Source of the DNA: Treponemataceae bacterium
Lineage (GTDB): Bacteria > Spirochaetota > Spirochaetia > Treponematales > Rectinemataceae
Reading direction: 5' to 3'
Assembly: GCA_963678065.2 (NCBI GenBank)
Contig: CAXXVZ010000003.1
Span: forward strand, 2,304,001 to 2,368,000
DNA length: 64,000 nucleotides
Of this stretch, positions 1 through 9,835 are shown in pieces. A model generated the notes under the pieces. That model saw only the letters and a program-made list of their open reading frames with translations. It was not told where the DNA came from and searched no databases. Every line of letters starts with the position of its first letter. Position 1 is the first letter of the stretch. The position numbers and the translations under genes were made by a program.

Positions 1-111
1 CTGGGAGAAACTGAGGATATTCATGACTCCCCAGACGAGAGCGATGCCCATGGCAACCAAGGCCAATATCGCCCCGTTTATCAAACCTTCGAACAATGCC
101 TGCACGAACAT
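1..111 (-). CDS. Branched-chain amino acid ABC transporter permease (LivH-like), 5' part, runs off the window
   Basis: Manual translation MFVQALFEGLINGAILALVAMGIALVWGVMNILSFSQ matches the LivH N-terminal pattern; GAGGA RBS upstream; follows a Liv-type binding protein. Confidence 0.85.
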   Translation of the reverse strand, partial: MFVQALFEGLINGAILALVAMGIALVWGVMNILSFSQ

Positions 112-250
112 ATCCGTTGCTCCTCAATCGGTCTGGAAAAATCATTCGACAACGACATGGAGATGGTCGGCTCCCCGCCCCTCTCCTGTTCGGGAGGGAC
201 GGGATCATGATTCCGATTTTGCGGGAGGCGATAACCTCCCGCATGGCAGC

Positions 251-1522
251 TTACCTTTTGTTCCAGGCGGGCATTATGAAGACCGGGTCCGCAGCCTGAG
301 CTTTCGCGGGATATACGGTTTTGTATTTCCCTCCCAGCATCTGCATGATGACTCCTGCGGATGAGGTATTCTGGCCTCTCGCATCCATCGTGACGGCATC
401 CCAGGGCATCATCCACTTCGACATGTCGAGTTTCAGGTTCATGAGGGCTTTCTTCAATGCGTTGGCTTCGGTTGTCCCGGCCTGGTTGATGGCGATGGCG
501 AGGATGAGCACATTGCTTGCATCTTTGACGTGACCCTCATTGAGGTCGACTCCATTGGAATACTTCGAAGGATAGAGTTTGACGATTTCCTTGCTCGAAG
601 GCAGGGCGAGATCCGAAGACCATCCACCCGTGGTGCAGATATACTCGGTATCTTTTCCGAGTGCGTCCAGGAAATCCTGCTGGACGAATCCACCGCGCTG
701 GCCGATGAGCATCCTGGGTACCCAGTTCTGCTCTTTGATTGTGTTGAGGAACAGAATCCCGTCCGAAGTATAGGAAGCCATGATAAGGACATCGGGATTG
801 GCTTTTTTGATTTTCAGCGCTTCCGAGGTCAGGTTGGTGGAGTTGGATGGATAGATGATGTTTGCGACCACTTCCATGCCGAATTCTTTCGCGTACTTGA
901 CTTCCTGCTTGACGATGTTCGCGCCGAATTCCGTGTCCTCGGACATGAACGCGACGGTTTTCATACCGGCTTTCTTCGTCTTGTTCAGGCCATCGACGAA
1001 GGCGAAAGTATCCTTGATATAGGTCGCATCATTGAGCCCGAAGCGGAAATACCAACTCAAATCAGTGGTGCCGTCAGTGAGGGATACTGCTGATCCGGCC
1101 GTCAGGAGCGGTATCTTGTACTGTTCGGTCACGACAGCAACGGCCTTCGTGATGGCGCTCGTGTACTGCCCGGTGATGGCGACCACGTGCTGCTCTGCGA
1201 TAAGCCGTTTCGCTTCGGCGACCGCGATCTCTGGATCGCTCTTATGATCGGCTACCACCAGTTGAATCCTTGCGCCGTTCAGGTTTGGAAGGCCTTTGCC
1301 AGGGCCGAGTTCCAGCGAGGACTGCGGGTAGTCGTCATTAATGAGATCCACTATCATCTGGGCCGCCGCGAGGCACTGCTTGCCGTAATTCGCGTTGTTG
1401 CCCGAAAGCGGAGTCAAAAAACCTATTTTAATCACGTTCGTGGAATCATTGGTGGCAGCCGACAGTCCAACAACTAAAAGAGTGCAGAGCATCAAGAAGA
1501 TAAGTCCCTTTCTTCCGAACAT
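251..1522 (-). CDS. Branched-chain amino acid-type ABC transporter substrate-binding protein
   Basis: Signal peptide then IKIGFLTPLSG...A.YG, ADHKSDPE, typical of LivJ/K-type periplasmic proteins; start MFGRKG follows GGAGG. Confidence 0.9.
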   Translation of the reverse strand: MFGRKGLIFLMLCTLLVVGLSAATNDSTNVIKIGFLTPLSGNNANYGKQCLAAAQMIVDLINDDYPQSSLELGPGKGLPNLNGARIQLVVADHKSDPEIAVAEAKRLIAEQHVVAITGQYTSAITKAVAVVTEQYKIPLLTAGSAVSLTDGTTDLSWYFRFGLNDATYIKDTFAFVDGLNKTKKAGMKTVAFMSEDTEFGANIVKQEVKYAKEFGMEVVANIIYPSNSTNLTSEALKIKKANPDVLIMASYTSDGILFLNTIKEQNWVPRMLIGQRGGFVQQDFLDALGKDTEYICTTGGWSSDLALPSSKEIVKLYPSKYSNGVDLNEGHVKDASNVLILAIAINQAGTTEANALKKALMNLKLDMSKWMMPWDAVTMDARGQNTSSAGVIMQMLGGKYKTVYPAKAQAADPVFIMPAWNKR

Positions 1523-1862
1523 ATTACAGCCTCCCTTACGCATCGTGAACTGAGTGAATTGGATCTGGATCCCGAGATGAAAGCGTTTCAATAGAAAACT
1601 CATAAAAGGCAACATCCATTCATCTTGCATGCAAGACGTATAAAGCTTTTCTCACCTCCTTCAAAGAATTACCAAAACTATTAAACCCTATTTGGGGGAG
1701 ATAAACAGAAAGTTGATAAAGTGGAGTATATAGGCACATTCCGAATTGTCAAGCGAAAAAATCAACAATTTTGTTCCGATACATCAGCACCCAGATTTTC
1801 AGACTGTGGGAGGGATCCACACCGAAGGGAGCGAGCACAACCAATGTGCCCGGATCGCCCCG

Positions 1863-2170
1863 ATGATTCAATACCTCAGAAGGATTCGTTATCTACGAAA
1901 CCAGAAAAAAATGACCATACTCGAATTGCCGAATGAACGAACCCCGGAGCAGAGCTCCGAGGTATCGTTCGTTCTGTAAGGAATGGATTGTATGCAGGTC
2001 CATACCCGATAGTCACTTCACAAGAAAGAGCGAAGCTGAGCTTCGGGGTATGGACCCGCATGCGAATCAGGCTGGAATCGCCCGTAGCACGATTTACTAC
2101 ATGGAGAGCAAGCAAAAAGAACCGACACTCGAAACGCTCTTTCGTGTTCGGCTGATTCTTGTGAGGACAA
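1863..2170 (+). pseudogene. XRE-family HTH gene interrupted by a ~135-bp hairpin element
   Basis: Removing 1935-2067 restores RIRYLRNQKKMTILELPNQAGIARSTIYYMESKQKEPTLETLFRV, a typical HTH_3 sequence. Confidence 0.7.
1932..2067. repeat. Short non-autonomous hairpin element (MITE/REP-like), copy 1
   Basis: Ends AATGAACGAACCCCGGAGCAGAG and AGCTTCGGGGTATGGACCCGCATGCGAAT recur at 43598-43620 and 44882-44910; internal hairpins CGGAGC-AGA-GCTCCG and CGAAGC-TGA-GCTTCG. Confidence 0.8.
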
Positions 2171-2228
2171 AAACCCCGGCACCGAATACGGCGCCGGGGG
2201 GTGATCACGGGGATGCTGCCGGTCCAGA

Positions 2229-3314
2229 TTAGCCTCGTTTCTTGTAGAAATCGGCCATGAACGAGGCTGCGTCCTTGATGCTGTCGACCATGTTGGCATT
2301 GTAGGTGGAGAAACGAATACTGCCGGTGGAGCGGTGACCCTTCACGCCGACGATGCCCGCCGCCTTGGCTTCCTTCACGAACACCTCCTCCATCGCCTCG
2401 TCGGGAAGGCGGAAGACGACGTTCATCTCGGAACGAGAATCCTTCGCGACCGGTCCGCGGTAGAATCCGCCGGAAGCATCGATCACACCATAGATTATGG
2501 CCGCCTTTTCCCTGTTGATCTTTGCCATCGCCTCAAGTCCGCCCATCTTGAGGAGCCACTTCAGGGTCAGGTTGAGGACGTAGATCGAGAAGCCGGGGGG
2601 CGTGTTGTACAGCGAGTTGTTGTCGGCATGTGTGCGGTACGAGAGCATCGTCGGGAGCCTGGCCTGTTTCTGCGCCCTGTCGAGGAATGCGTCGCGGACG
2701 GTGACGCCGGAAGGCCCGAGGTTCTTCTGCGCGCCTGCGTAGATCAAGGCGAACCTGTCGGCCGGGAACGGTCGGGAGAAGATGTCGCTCGACATGTCGC
2801 AGACGAGGGGTACTTTCCCGACTTCGGGCCAGCAATGCCACTGGCTGCCGAAGAGGGTGTTGTTGCTGGTGAAGTGTGCGTACGTCGAGACAGGATCGAC
2901 CTTTATCTCGTCCGGCCGGAGGATGCGTGTGAAGGTGGCGTCGGGATTCTCGGTGCTGGAGGAGTTGCAGAGCCCGAAGCGCTTTGCTTCCTTGAGCGCG
3001 AACTTGGACCAGTTGCCCGTTACGAGGTATGACGCCTTGCGGCCGTCGAACAGGTAGTTCATGGGCAGCATGAAGAATTGGCTCGAGGCTTCGCCGGTGA
3101 GGAAGAGTATCTTCCATTCGGGACCCATGCCTGCCAGCTTACGGAACATGTCCTGGGCCTCGTTGTGCATCGCCTCGTATTCCTTGGAGCGGTGGGACAC
3201 TTCCATGACGGACATGCCGGTACCCTGCCAGTCGAGCATTTCGGCCTGTGCTGCCTGGAGCACTTCGAGGGGGATCACAGCGGGGCCGGCGTTAAAATTG
3301 ATGACGCGCTTCAT
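2229..3314 (-). CDS. serC: Phosphoserine aminotransferase
   Basis: NFNAGPA, SVMEVSHRS, DMSS, AGAQKNLGPSG (PLP lysine), SLYNTPP, KGHRS motifs. Confidence 0.93.
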   Translation of the reverse strand: MKRVINFNAGPAVIPLEVLQAAQAEMLDWQGTGMSVMEVSHRSKEYEAMHNEAQDMFRKLAGMGPEWKILFLTGEASSQFFMLPMNYLFDGRKASYLVTGNWSKFALKEAKRFGLCNSSSTENPDATFTRILRPDEIKVDPVSTYAHFTSNNTLFGSQWHCWPEVGKVPLVCDMSSDIFSRPFPADRFALIYAGAQKNLGPSGVTVRDAFLDRAQKQARLPTMLSYRTHADNNSLYNTPPGFSIYVLNLTLKWLLKMGGLEAMAKINREKAAIIYGVIDASGGFYRGPVAKDSRSEMNVVFRLPDEAMEEVFVKEAKAAGIVGVKGHRSTGSIRFSTYNANMVDSIKDAASFMADFYKKRG

Positions 3315-3329
3315 TGCAGGATTTTTTTT

Positions 3330-3495
3330 TGCCCCTCCGCGTCGCGGCGGAGAGGCCGGGTTGTGTTCCATAATCGAAGTCATCCAGCATCCTGATGGCA
3401 GGGAGCTTCGCGGTGAACAATCCCATGATGATCCTACGCTGGTCCTTTCGGGCGACCTCCGCTTCATAAAAAGGATTGCCTACCTCAGTTATCAA
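3330..3495 (-). pseudogene. IS21 helper ATPase (IstB) N-terminal remnant
   Basis: EVARKDQRRI...AKLPAIRMLDDFDY..QP resembles the IstB N-terminus; truncated. Confidence 0.6.
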
Positions 3496-3582
3496 AAGAC
3501 CTTATCGGAATTCATGAGTTACGTAGATTACATTCCCTTGTTTCCATATGCCAAAGAACATTCCTCCTTATAGCCCGCTATA

Positions 3583-4575
3583 TTACTTTGGAAATTCTGC
3601 GTTCGCTATAAATGGGTTTGCCAATGCCATGCAGGCATCAAACAAGGGGACTGGCACCATGTTTGCATGAGCCAGCCTGGCAGTGTTGACGACCAGGTTG
3701 GGAACATCCAAGGTTATATATCTGCTTGACAGGCCAAATCCGCGGATCTCGTAGTAAGGGCATTCCGGGGTATGGATATATTCGAAAATCGTCCGGGCGC
3801 TGTTGTTGCCATAATATGATTTCAGTTGAGTCAGCACGGGCTCGAGTTCGAGGCCGAGCGAACTGCCGACCGCGAGACGCTCTTCATCCATCAGGTGCAT
3901 CAGGCATGATACCTGCTCGTCTACTCCATCGATGAAATGCCTAAATGTATCCGGAGATCGTTGGACCGTGGCCAGGTTCAGTAGGATGGGAAGGGGGTGG
4001 AGTATCGAGTTAATGTTTTCAAGACTGGTCTCGATCGTATTCGACGCGAGAGAAAGCATGGGCAGGAAATCCTTAAGCAGAGCAAGAGCCGGTATATCAG
4101 TATGGCTTTTATAGGTAGCATACTTCAGCTTCTTCTTGCGTTTATGGATATGAATGATTCCATCCGCTTTCATGCTGCATACCACGGGAGATGATGTCAT
4201 CTCGCATATACTAACATTATTATTACCTACTTCCCGGAATATCCTGGCGACCGGTTCTGCCATGAAATATCCCGGGAACATCACCAAGAGCTGGCCTAAT
4301 TCCATGAAGCTGGCAATTTTCATTGCGGACTGGAGCAGTTCCTCTCCTGTCTGGGAAGTCACCACGTATATCGCATCGCCGATTCTTCTCCAGTCCGAAG
4401 TGCAGGCACAGGTGAAGGACGTCAATATTCCGCCTTCCTCGGCCTGGAACGTGATGGAAGATGAAAAACACTGATCATCAAGGAACAGAACCGAGGCACC
4501 ATGCCGTAGGAACTCGACAGCGACAGCTTTGGCGAACATCGAGGTACCGACAATTGCCACCGTCTTTTCTCTCAT
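3583..4575 (-). CDS. NAD(P)-dependent opine (octopine/nopaline) dehydrogenase family protein
   Basis: N-terminal Rossmann strand; LENINSILHP, MDEERLAVG, SRYITLDVP and VPVPLFD motifs of the octopine dehydrogenase C-terminal domain. Confidence 0.8.
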   Translation of the reverse strand: MREKTVAIVGTSMFAKAVAVEFLRHGASVLFLDDQCFSSSITFQAEEGGILTSFTCACTSDWRRIGDAIYVVTSQTGEELLQSAMKIASFMELGQLLVMFPGYFMAEPVARIFREVGNNNVSICEMTSSPVVCSMKADGIIHIHKRKKKLKYATYKSHTDIPALALLKDFLPMLSLASNTIETSLENINSILHPLPILLNLATVQRSPDTFRHFIDGVDEQVSCLMHLMDEERLAVGSSLGLELEPVLTQLKSYYGNNSARTIFEYIHTPECPYYEIRGFGLSSRYITLDVPNLVVNTARLAHANMVPVPLFDACMALANPFIANAEFPK

Positions 4576-4581
4576 GGTGGT

Positions 4582-5283
4582 TCAATCCTCCTTGCTTTTC
4601 CGCAAGACTGTCAGGGCATCCTGCGATTCGGACAGGGATTTATTTATAATGCCTCTGACCGCAGTGGTATCTTTCTTCGCAAACGCTTCAATGAGCGATG
4701 AATGCCAGGAATAGGTCTGCTTCCTGATGTATTCAAGCTTGTTGACGCTCACCTCGTACTTCTTGAATAAATCTCTGATCGACTGATGCATAGTCACCAG
4801 GATGGTGTTGTCGGATATCTCGGCGACAAGTTCATGGAACTGGTCATCAAGGATCCAATAGCTGTTCTCGTCGTTTGACTTTTCCAGCATTTGGTCGTTC
4901 AATTTTTGGAGTTTCTCGAGATGCTGGGGGTTAGCCCGAAGGCAGGCAAGCACTGCTATTTCAGCCTCGATCACCATCCTTGCCTCATAAAGCTTTCGTA
5001 TTTCCCAAGTCTCGAGAAGCATAGGAGCGAGCGTCGCTTTCACCGTAGAGACAGACGCCTGGGCAACGAATATGCCATACTTGCCGCGGGTCAATAACCC
5101 AAGTCCGATCAATTGCCCTATTGCCTCGCGCACTGTTGGGCGCCCGACTCCCAAAGATTCACTGAGAGCAACCTCGCCAGGGAGTTTGTCCCCGGGAAGA
5201 AGTTCACCGGCGGATATTTTGTTGTATAGATCCTCGACAACTTTATCCACGAGACGGGTTTTTGATATTTTGAGGAATTTCAT
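4582..5283 (-). CDS. GntR/FadR-family transcriptional regulator
   Basis: LPGDKLPGE..L...LGVGRPTVREA winged HTH; FCD domain (D.QFHE..AE.S.N). Confidence 0.92.
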   Translation of the reverse strand: MKFLKISKTRLVDKVVEDLYNKISAGELLPGDKLPGEVALSESLGVGRPTVREAIGQLIGLGLLTRGKYGIFVAQASVSTVKATLAPMLLETWEIRKLYEARMVIEAEIAVLACLRANPQHLEKLQKLNDQMLEKSNDENSYWILDDQFHELVAEISDNTILVTMHQSIRDLFKKYEVSVNKLEYIRKQTYSWHSSLIEAFAKKDTTAVRGIINKSLSESQDALTVLRKSKED

Positions 5284-6773
5284 CCTTGATCCTTTGATTC
5301 AGAACTGGTTTTTTGCAGTTGGGGCTTTGCTCGTGCAAAGATCAGGACCATCACTATTGCGAATGCTACGATGATGAGCCCAACCGGTCGAGACAAGATA
5401 TAGTCGAACCCCAGTACAGCTGTCTGTCGAAAATACGTCTCGAGCCTGTTGCCCAGGATGAGACCCAACACAAATGGAGGAACAGGGAAGTCGATTTTCC
5501 GTGCAAGGAAACCAAGTACTCCGAACGCCATCATGGTCCATAAATCGAACAGTGAATTCCTGATGACGAGCGATCCGAGTATGCAGAGAAACAGAATAAA
5601 AGGTGCCAGCCACCGGTAGGGAATTCTGGTAATTCTTATCCAGATGCCTGAAAGCGGAATGTTCAGAACCAGCAGGATTATGTTGGATATGAAGAAAGCC
5701 GCGATAACCGTACCAGTCAGGTTTTTATAAACTGTGAACATCAAGGGTCCCGGGACGACGCCCTGAATGATGAGTGCGGCCAGAACGATTGCGAGCACTG
5801 GCCCGGTCGGGATTCCTAACGCCATCAGAGGAATGAACCCAGACATTGCCGCTGCATTGTCTGCAGCCTCGCTGCACGAGCAGCCTTCGATCGCCCCTTT
5901 CCCGAACTTGTCTTTTTCTCTGCCGAATCGTTTTGCCAGCGAATAGCTGATGAAAGATGAGACAGAGGGTGTAATTCCCGGCAGAATGCCGAGGGCCGTG
6001 CCTATGACTGCTCCGGTCCCGGCGGCTGGTGCCGCGAGGCCCAACTCATGCCTGCTGGGCATCAGCGAGCCGAATTTTTTATTCACTATGGTGACCGCAT
6101 GGTCGTCATTCAGTATGCCATCGAGCACCTCGGTAATCCCGAACAAGCCCACGACGATCGCGACAACATCGAACCCTTGCACCAATTGAATTGATCCAAA
6201 GGTGAGCCGGGACGTGGCGGAATTCATGTCGACACCGACCATGGCTATCAGCAATCCCATGAACGCGGCTATGAAACCTTTTATGATGGAGCCGCCCCCC
6301 AGGCCCGCAGCGCATGAAAGGCTGAAGATCATCAATGCCAGGTACTCGAACGGTCCGAGCTTCAAGGCCAGATCCGCAAGCACTGGCGCAAAGAAGAGCA
6401 GACAGATCATCGCCACCAAACCGCCGGTGAATGAAGATAGCATACAGATCACCATGGTCTGTCCGCCTCGACCCTGCTTCATCAGCGGATAGCCTTCGAT
6501 GGCAGTAGGAACCGCAGCGACCTCGCCCGGTATATTCAGCAGGATGGCCGTGACAGCCCCTCCGAACATGGCTCCGTAATAGACGCCGCCGAGACCTATC
6601 ATTACCTGAGCTGACGACAGCAGCATGGCGAAGGGAAACAACAAGGCTACCGCGGCTGTAGGGCCCAACCCCGGCAGCACTCCAACCAACGTGCCGATGA
6701 AACATCCCACAATAGACACGAGAAGATTCTGTAAACCCAGTGCAGAAGCGAATCCCTGAAGTATCCAATCCAT
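5280..6773 (-). CDS. tctA: Tripartite tricarboxylate transporter large permease
   Basis: GTLVGVLPGLGP, YYGAMFGG, NIPGE, EAADNAA, LGIP motifs; 497 aa, hydrophobic. Confidence 0.93.
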   Translation of the reverse strand: MDWILQGFASALGLQNLLVSIVGCFIGTLVGVLPGLGPTAAVALLFPFAMLLSSAQVMIGLGGVYYGAMFGGAVTAILLNIPGEVAAVPTAIEGYPLMKQGRGGQTMVICMLSSFTGGLVAMICLLFFAPVLADLALKLGPFEYLALMIFSLSCAAGLGGGSIIKGFIAAFMGLLIAMVGVDMNSATSRLTFGSIQLVQGFDVVAIVVGLFGITEVLDGILNDDHAVTIVNKKFGSLMPSRHELGLAAPAAGTGAVIGTALGILPGITPSVSSFISYSLAKRFGREKDKFGKGAIEGCSCSEAADNAAAMSGFIPLMALGIPTGPVLAIVLAALIIQGVVPGPLMFTVYKNLTGTVIAAFFISNIILLVLNIPLSGIWIRITRIPYRWLAPFILFLCILGSLVIRNSLFDLWTMMAFGVLGFLARKIDFPVPPFVLGLILGNRLETYFRQTAVLGFDYILSRPVGLIIVAFAIVMVLIFARAKPQLQKTSSESKDQG

Positions 6774-6787
6774 GGAAAATCTCCCAC

Positions 6788-7339
6788 TTACACGCCAAAT
6801 ATTCCCTTGGGTACCGATATCCCGACTATCGGAAGGCCGAATGACAGGATAGGAAACATCACAACGCAGGTGAATAGTATCCTGCGGACAGGATTCTGGA
6901 GCAGCCAGAGGTTTACCGCAAGGTACAGAAGAGAGGCGATGGTGAATCCCAGGGGCTTTATCAACAACACATATCCGACACAGAGCAGGAAGCTCAGACA
7001 GGTTTTCCAGAGACGCGAAGAATCTTTTGGCAGCTTCCCGCCCGCATCAGGCTCCGCTTTATCAGCCTGGGAGGAGACGGGCACCATGTCGGAATTACTT
7101 CTCCGCCGGCGATAATCGCGACGCAGCCATCCACATAGGCCGGCAATGGCTCCAATCAATGAAAAACCCACCATGCCTACGCCGACCACCATCATGTATC
7201 CGCCTGGCCCGGCAATGAAACTCTCGCTTGTATATTTGACGCCAACCCGGATCGCTTCGACGATCGCGATACTACCGAACACGCCCGCAAGCAACAGATG
7301 ACTGTACTTGCCGAGCCAGCTGGAACTATTCTTATTCAT
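6788..7339 (-). CDS. tctB: Tripartite tricarboxylate transporter small membrane subunit
   Basis: About four TM segments, GP and LGF motifs, C-terminal P.G; lies between tctC and tctA. Confidence 0.8.
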   Translation of the reverse strand: MNKNSSSWLGKYSHLLLAGVFGSIAIVEAIRVGVKYTSESFIAGPGGYMMVVGVGMVGFSLIGAIAGLCGWLRRDYRRRRSNSDMVPVSSQADKAEPDAGGKLPKDSSRLWKTCLSFLLCVGYVLLIKPLGFTIASLLYLAVNLWLLQNPVRRILFTCVVMFPILSFGLPIVGISVPKGIFGV

Positions 7340-7360
7340 GGCACCCCCAGTCGGCTTGGA

Positions 7361-8323
7361 TCATTGCCCGTAAAGCTGCAAACCAGCGGTCTCTTCTGCT
7401 TCTTCCTTTACATCGGCTCGCATCTTGCTGCTGTCGGCAAAATCCAGCACCGTTCCAAGCCTGTCCAGGTCCAGGAGAAAGTCCTGTCGTACAATTATCT
7501 TGCGGGAGGCCGCATCGATCGCGGCGATGATCTTCTGCGGAAGATCCTTCTGGCCACTGATTCCCACCCAGAATCCTATTGTGACCTTGGGGAATCCCTG
7601 TTCAGCCGCGCTCTTGGTATCGGGCAATGCTCCGATACGATTCGATCCGGCGATGGCTACAGGAAGTACCTTGCCGCTCTGGGCGAACGACGGAACTCCC
7701 GACGCCGCAGAGGTACCTAGCATCACATGACCTCCGGCTATTGCTGCCAGGATCTCCCCTCCACCTGTATAGGAAAGCTTCTTTGTTTTCTTGACATCAA
7801 TTCCCGCAGCCTTGAAAAACTGGAGTTGAACCAGATCAGCCGCACTTGAGGCGCTGATGCCTCCCCAGATGAGCTTCCCCGGATTTTCCCTGGCGAACTT
7901 TGCCACATCGTTCAGGTCTTTCCATCCGCTGTTGGGATTCACGCAGAGAACCTGCGGACCTTTGGCGAACTTGACGACGAAGGTCCGATCGTCGACTTTG
8001 TACGGCAATTCCTTGATCAGCATCTGGTAGGAACTCGAGAGAGCCTGATCGGCGAGCAGCGTGTATCCATCAGGCTTAGCCGTCAGCATAGCCTGTACGG
8101 CGGGGATGCCATTGCCGCCGGCGATATTGAGGACATTGACCCCCACTCCTAATTCCCGGGACAGGTACTTGGCTATCACTCTCGTAAGAACGTCGCCTCC
8201 CGAGCCCGCCGACCCGGGAACAATCAAGTCGATAGGCTTGGTGGGGTAGTCGCCCGAGCCTGCCGAGAAGACAGGCAAGCACGCCAAGACGAGACAAGAT
8301 ACGAGCATCAACCTTCTCTTCAT
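7361..8323 (-). CDS. tctC: Tripartite tricarboxylate transporter substrate-binding protein (Bug/TctC)
   Basis: YPTKPIDLIVP..AG..GD, KPDGYTL, YTGGGE..A..GGHV. Confidence 0.92.
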   Translation of the reverse strand: MKRRLMLVSCLVLACLPVFSAGSGDYPTKPIDLIVPGSAGSGGDVLTRVIAKYLSRELGVGVNVLNIAGGNGIPAVQAMLTAKPDGYTLLADQALSSSYQMLIKELPYKVDDRTFVVKFAKGPQVLCVNPNSGWKDLNDVAKFARENPGKLIWGGISASSAADLVQLQFFKAAGIDVKKTKKLSYTGGGEILAAIAGGHVMLGTSAASGVPSFAQSGKVLPVAIAGSNRIGALPDTKSAAEQGFPKVTIGFWVGISGQKDLPQKIIAAIDAASRKIIVRQDFLLDLDRLGTVLDFADSSKMRADVKEEAEETAGLQLYGQ

Positions 8324-8347
8324 GCAAAGCCTCCTTGAACTAAAGAC

Positions 8348-9589
8348 TCAACTTCCATACGTGAATACCTGAAGAAGGCGGGGCTCGAACACCTTCCCCT
8401 TCAGGAACACTTTTTCTATATGCTTGAATTCGTCAATATTCTTCAGAGGATTTCCCCCGAGTAGTACTAAATCGGCATTCTTTCCCGGTTCGATGGTTCC
8501 GGTACGTCCTTCCAGATCGACTATCCGCGCAGAGTTGATCGTTGCCGCGTTTAGTGCCTGAGCATTTGTCATGCCGCATTGAATGAACATCCTCATTTCT
8601 TCTATCACGCTTCCCAGCGTGTCGGTGCCGGTCCCGATCAGTATTCCGGCATCAATCGCATGTCGTACTACATCCTTATGGGGAAATATGACTTCCCGTA
8701 AAAGGTTGGCAACCCTAGTATTGCCAGCATCGAATTCACGTTGGTAAACCTTCCATATTCCCGACATGGTTGGTACAAACGGAATACTCTTCTCCTTCAT
8801 AAGGCCAAGTACGTTTTCAGTAAGCAAATTCCCATGCTCGATGCAATCGACGCCGGCCTTGATCGCCATCTCTGCGGCTTCGGAGGACATGCAATGGACC
8901 ATCACCTTACGGTTCTTCCTGTGCGCTTCATCGACGGCAGCTGCTACTTCATCGTAGGTGAACTGTACCATCGATGGGTGTTCGCCCTTATGGATACCCG
9001 CGAGTCCGCCGCTCACGCAGAGTTTGATCCAATCGGCTTCCTTTTTGAGTATCATTCGCACAGTTTTTCGAACTTCATCGACGCCATCCACTTCCATTGC
9101 TCCATCGATACCGACGGTTGCATGTCCACCCGTGGTCGATAGGATGGGTCCAGTTGCGATGATATTCGGCCCGCAGATGATCCCATTGGTTATGGCATCG
9201 CGCAGTTCGATGTTCAGACAGTTTTTTGAGCCGGCCGCCCGAATGGTAGTCACACCCTCGAGGAGCATTTCCGTCCAGATATTCCTTATCGCATAAGCCA
9301 TCCGCTGAGTATCCGGAAGATCCTCGATGGCGGCGGCGCCGACCCTAAAAGGGCCGGACTTTTCGTTCATGCTGACATGCCTGCGCTGCGGATGGCTGTG
9401 GAGATTGAACAGGCCCGGTATTAAGTATTTACTTTCACCATTGATGATTTCACATCCAGCTGCGGCTTCCAGTCTCTCCATGGAGACATTTTCAATCCTA
9501 CCATCCTTTATAAGGATGTCACAATTTCCCCGGAATGCCTGCGAGAGCGTGTCATAGCAATTCACCTGCCGAATGATTAGGTCATTCAT
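8348..9589 (-). CDS. Metal-dependent amidohydrolase (Xaa-Pro dipeptidase-like subgroup)
   Basis: PGLFNLHSH, GVTTIR, ADWIK, VMVH, IEHG, GTD, GTIEPGKNADLV. Confidence 0.9.
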   Translation of the reverse strand: MNDLIIRQVNCYDTLSQAFRGNCDILIKDGRIENVSMERLEAAAGCEIINGESKYLIPGLFNLHSHPQRRHVSMNEKSGPFRVGAAAIEDLPDTQRMAYAIRNIWTEMLLEGVTTIRAAGSKNCLNIELRDAITNGIICGPNIIATGPILSTTGGHATVGIDGAMEVDGVDEVRKTVRMILKKEADWIKLCVSGGLAGIHKGEHPSMVQFTYDEVAAAVDEAHRKNRKVMVHCMSSEAAEMAIKAGVDCIEHGNLLTENVLGLMKEKSIPFVPTMSGIWKVYQREFDAGNTRVANLLREVIFPHKDVVRHAIDAGILIGTGTDTLGSVIEEMRMFIQCGMTNAQALNAATINSARIVDLEGRTGTIEPGKNADLVLLGGNPLKNIDEFKHIEKVFLKGKVFEPRLLQVFTYGS

Positions 9590-9835
9590 GTGAATCCCTT
9601 CTCCTTGAGTCTCATTAATCATCGTTGATTGCTACATTGTATTACAATCTGACTGTATTATAGTATTTTACTTCTGTCAATGTTTTTTTAAACTTGTCAA
9701 TTTTTCTCATGTATGCTGCGCCCACGAGTTGGACCACTGCAGAAACTGGATAAGGTGGAATATGCCCTGAAAAGTGGAAATGGCAAGTAGTTTTCCCCAC
9801 CATATGGCAACTAGGAATCCCCACCCGGTAGAGGG

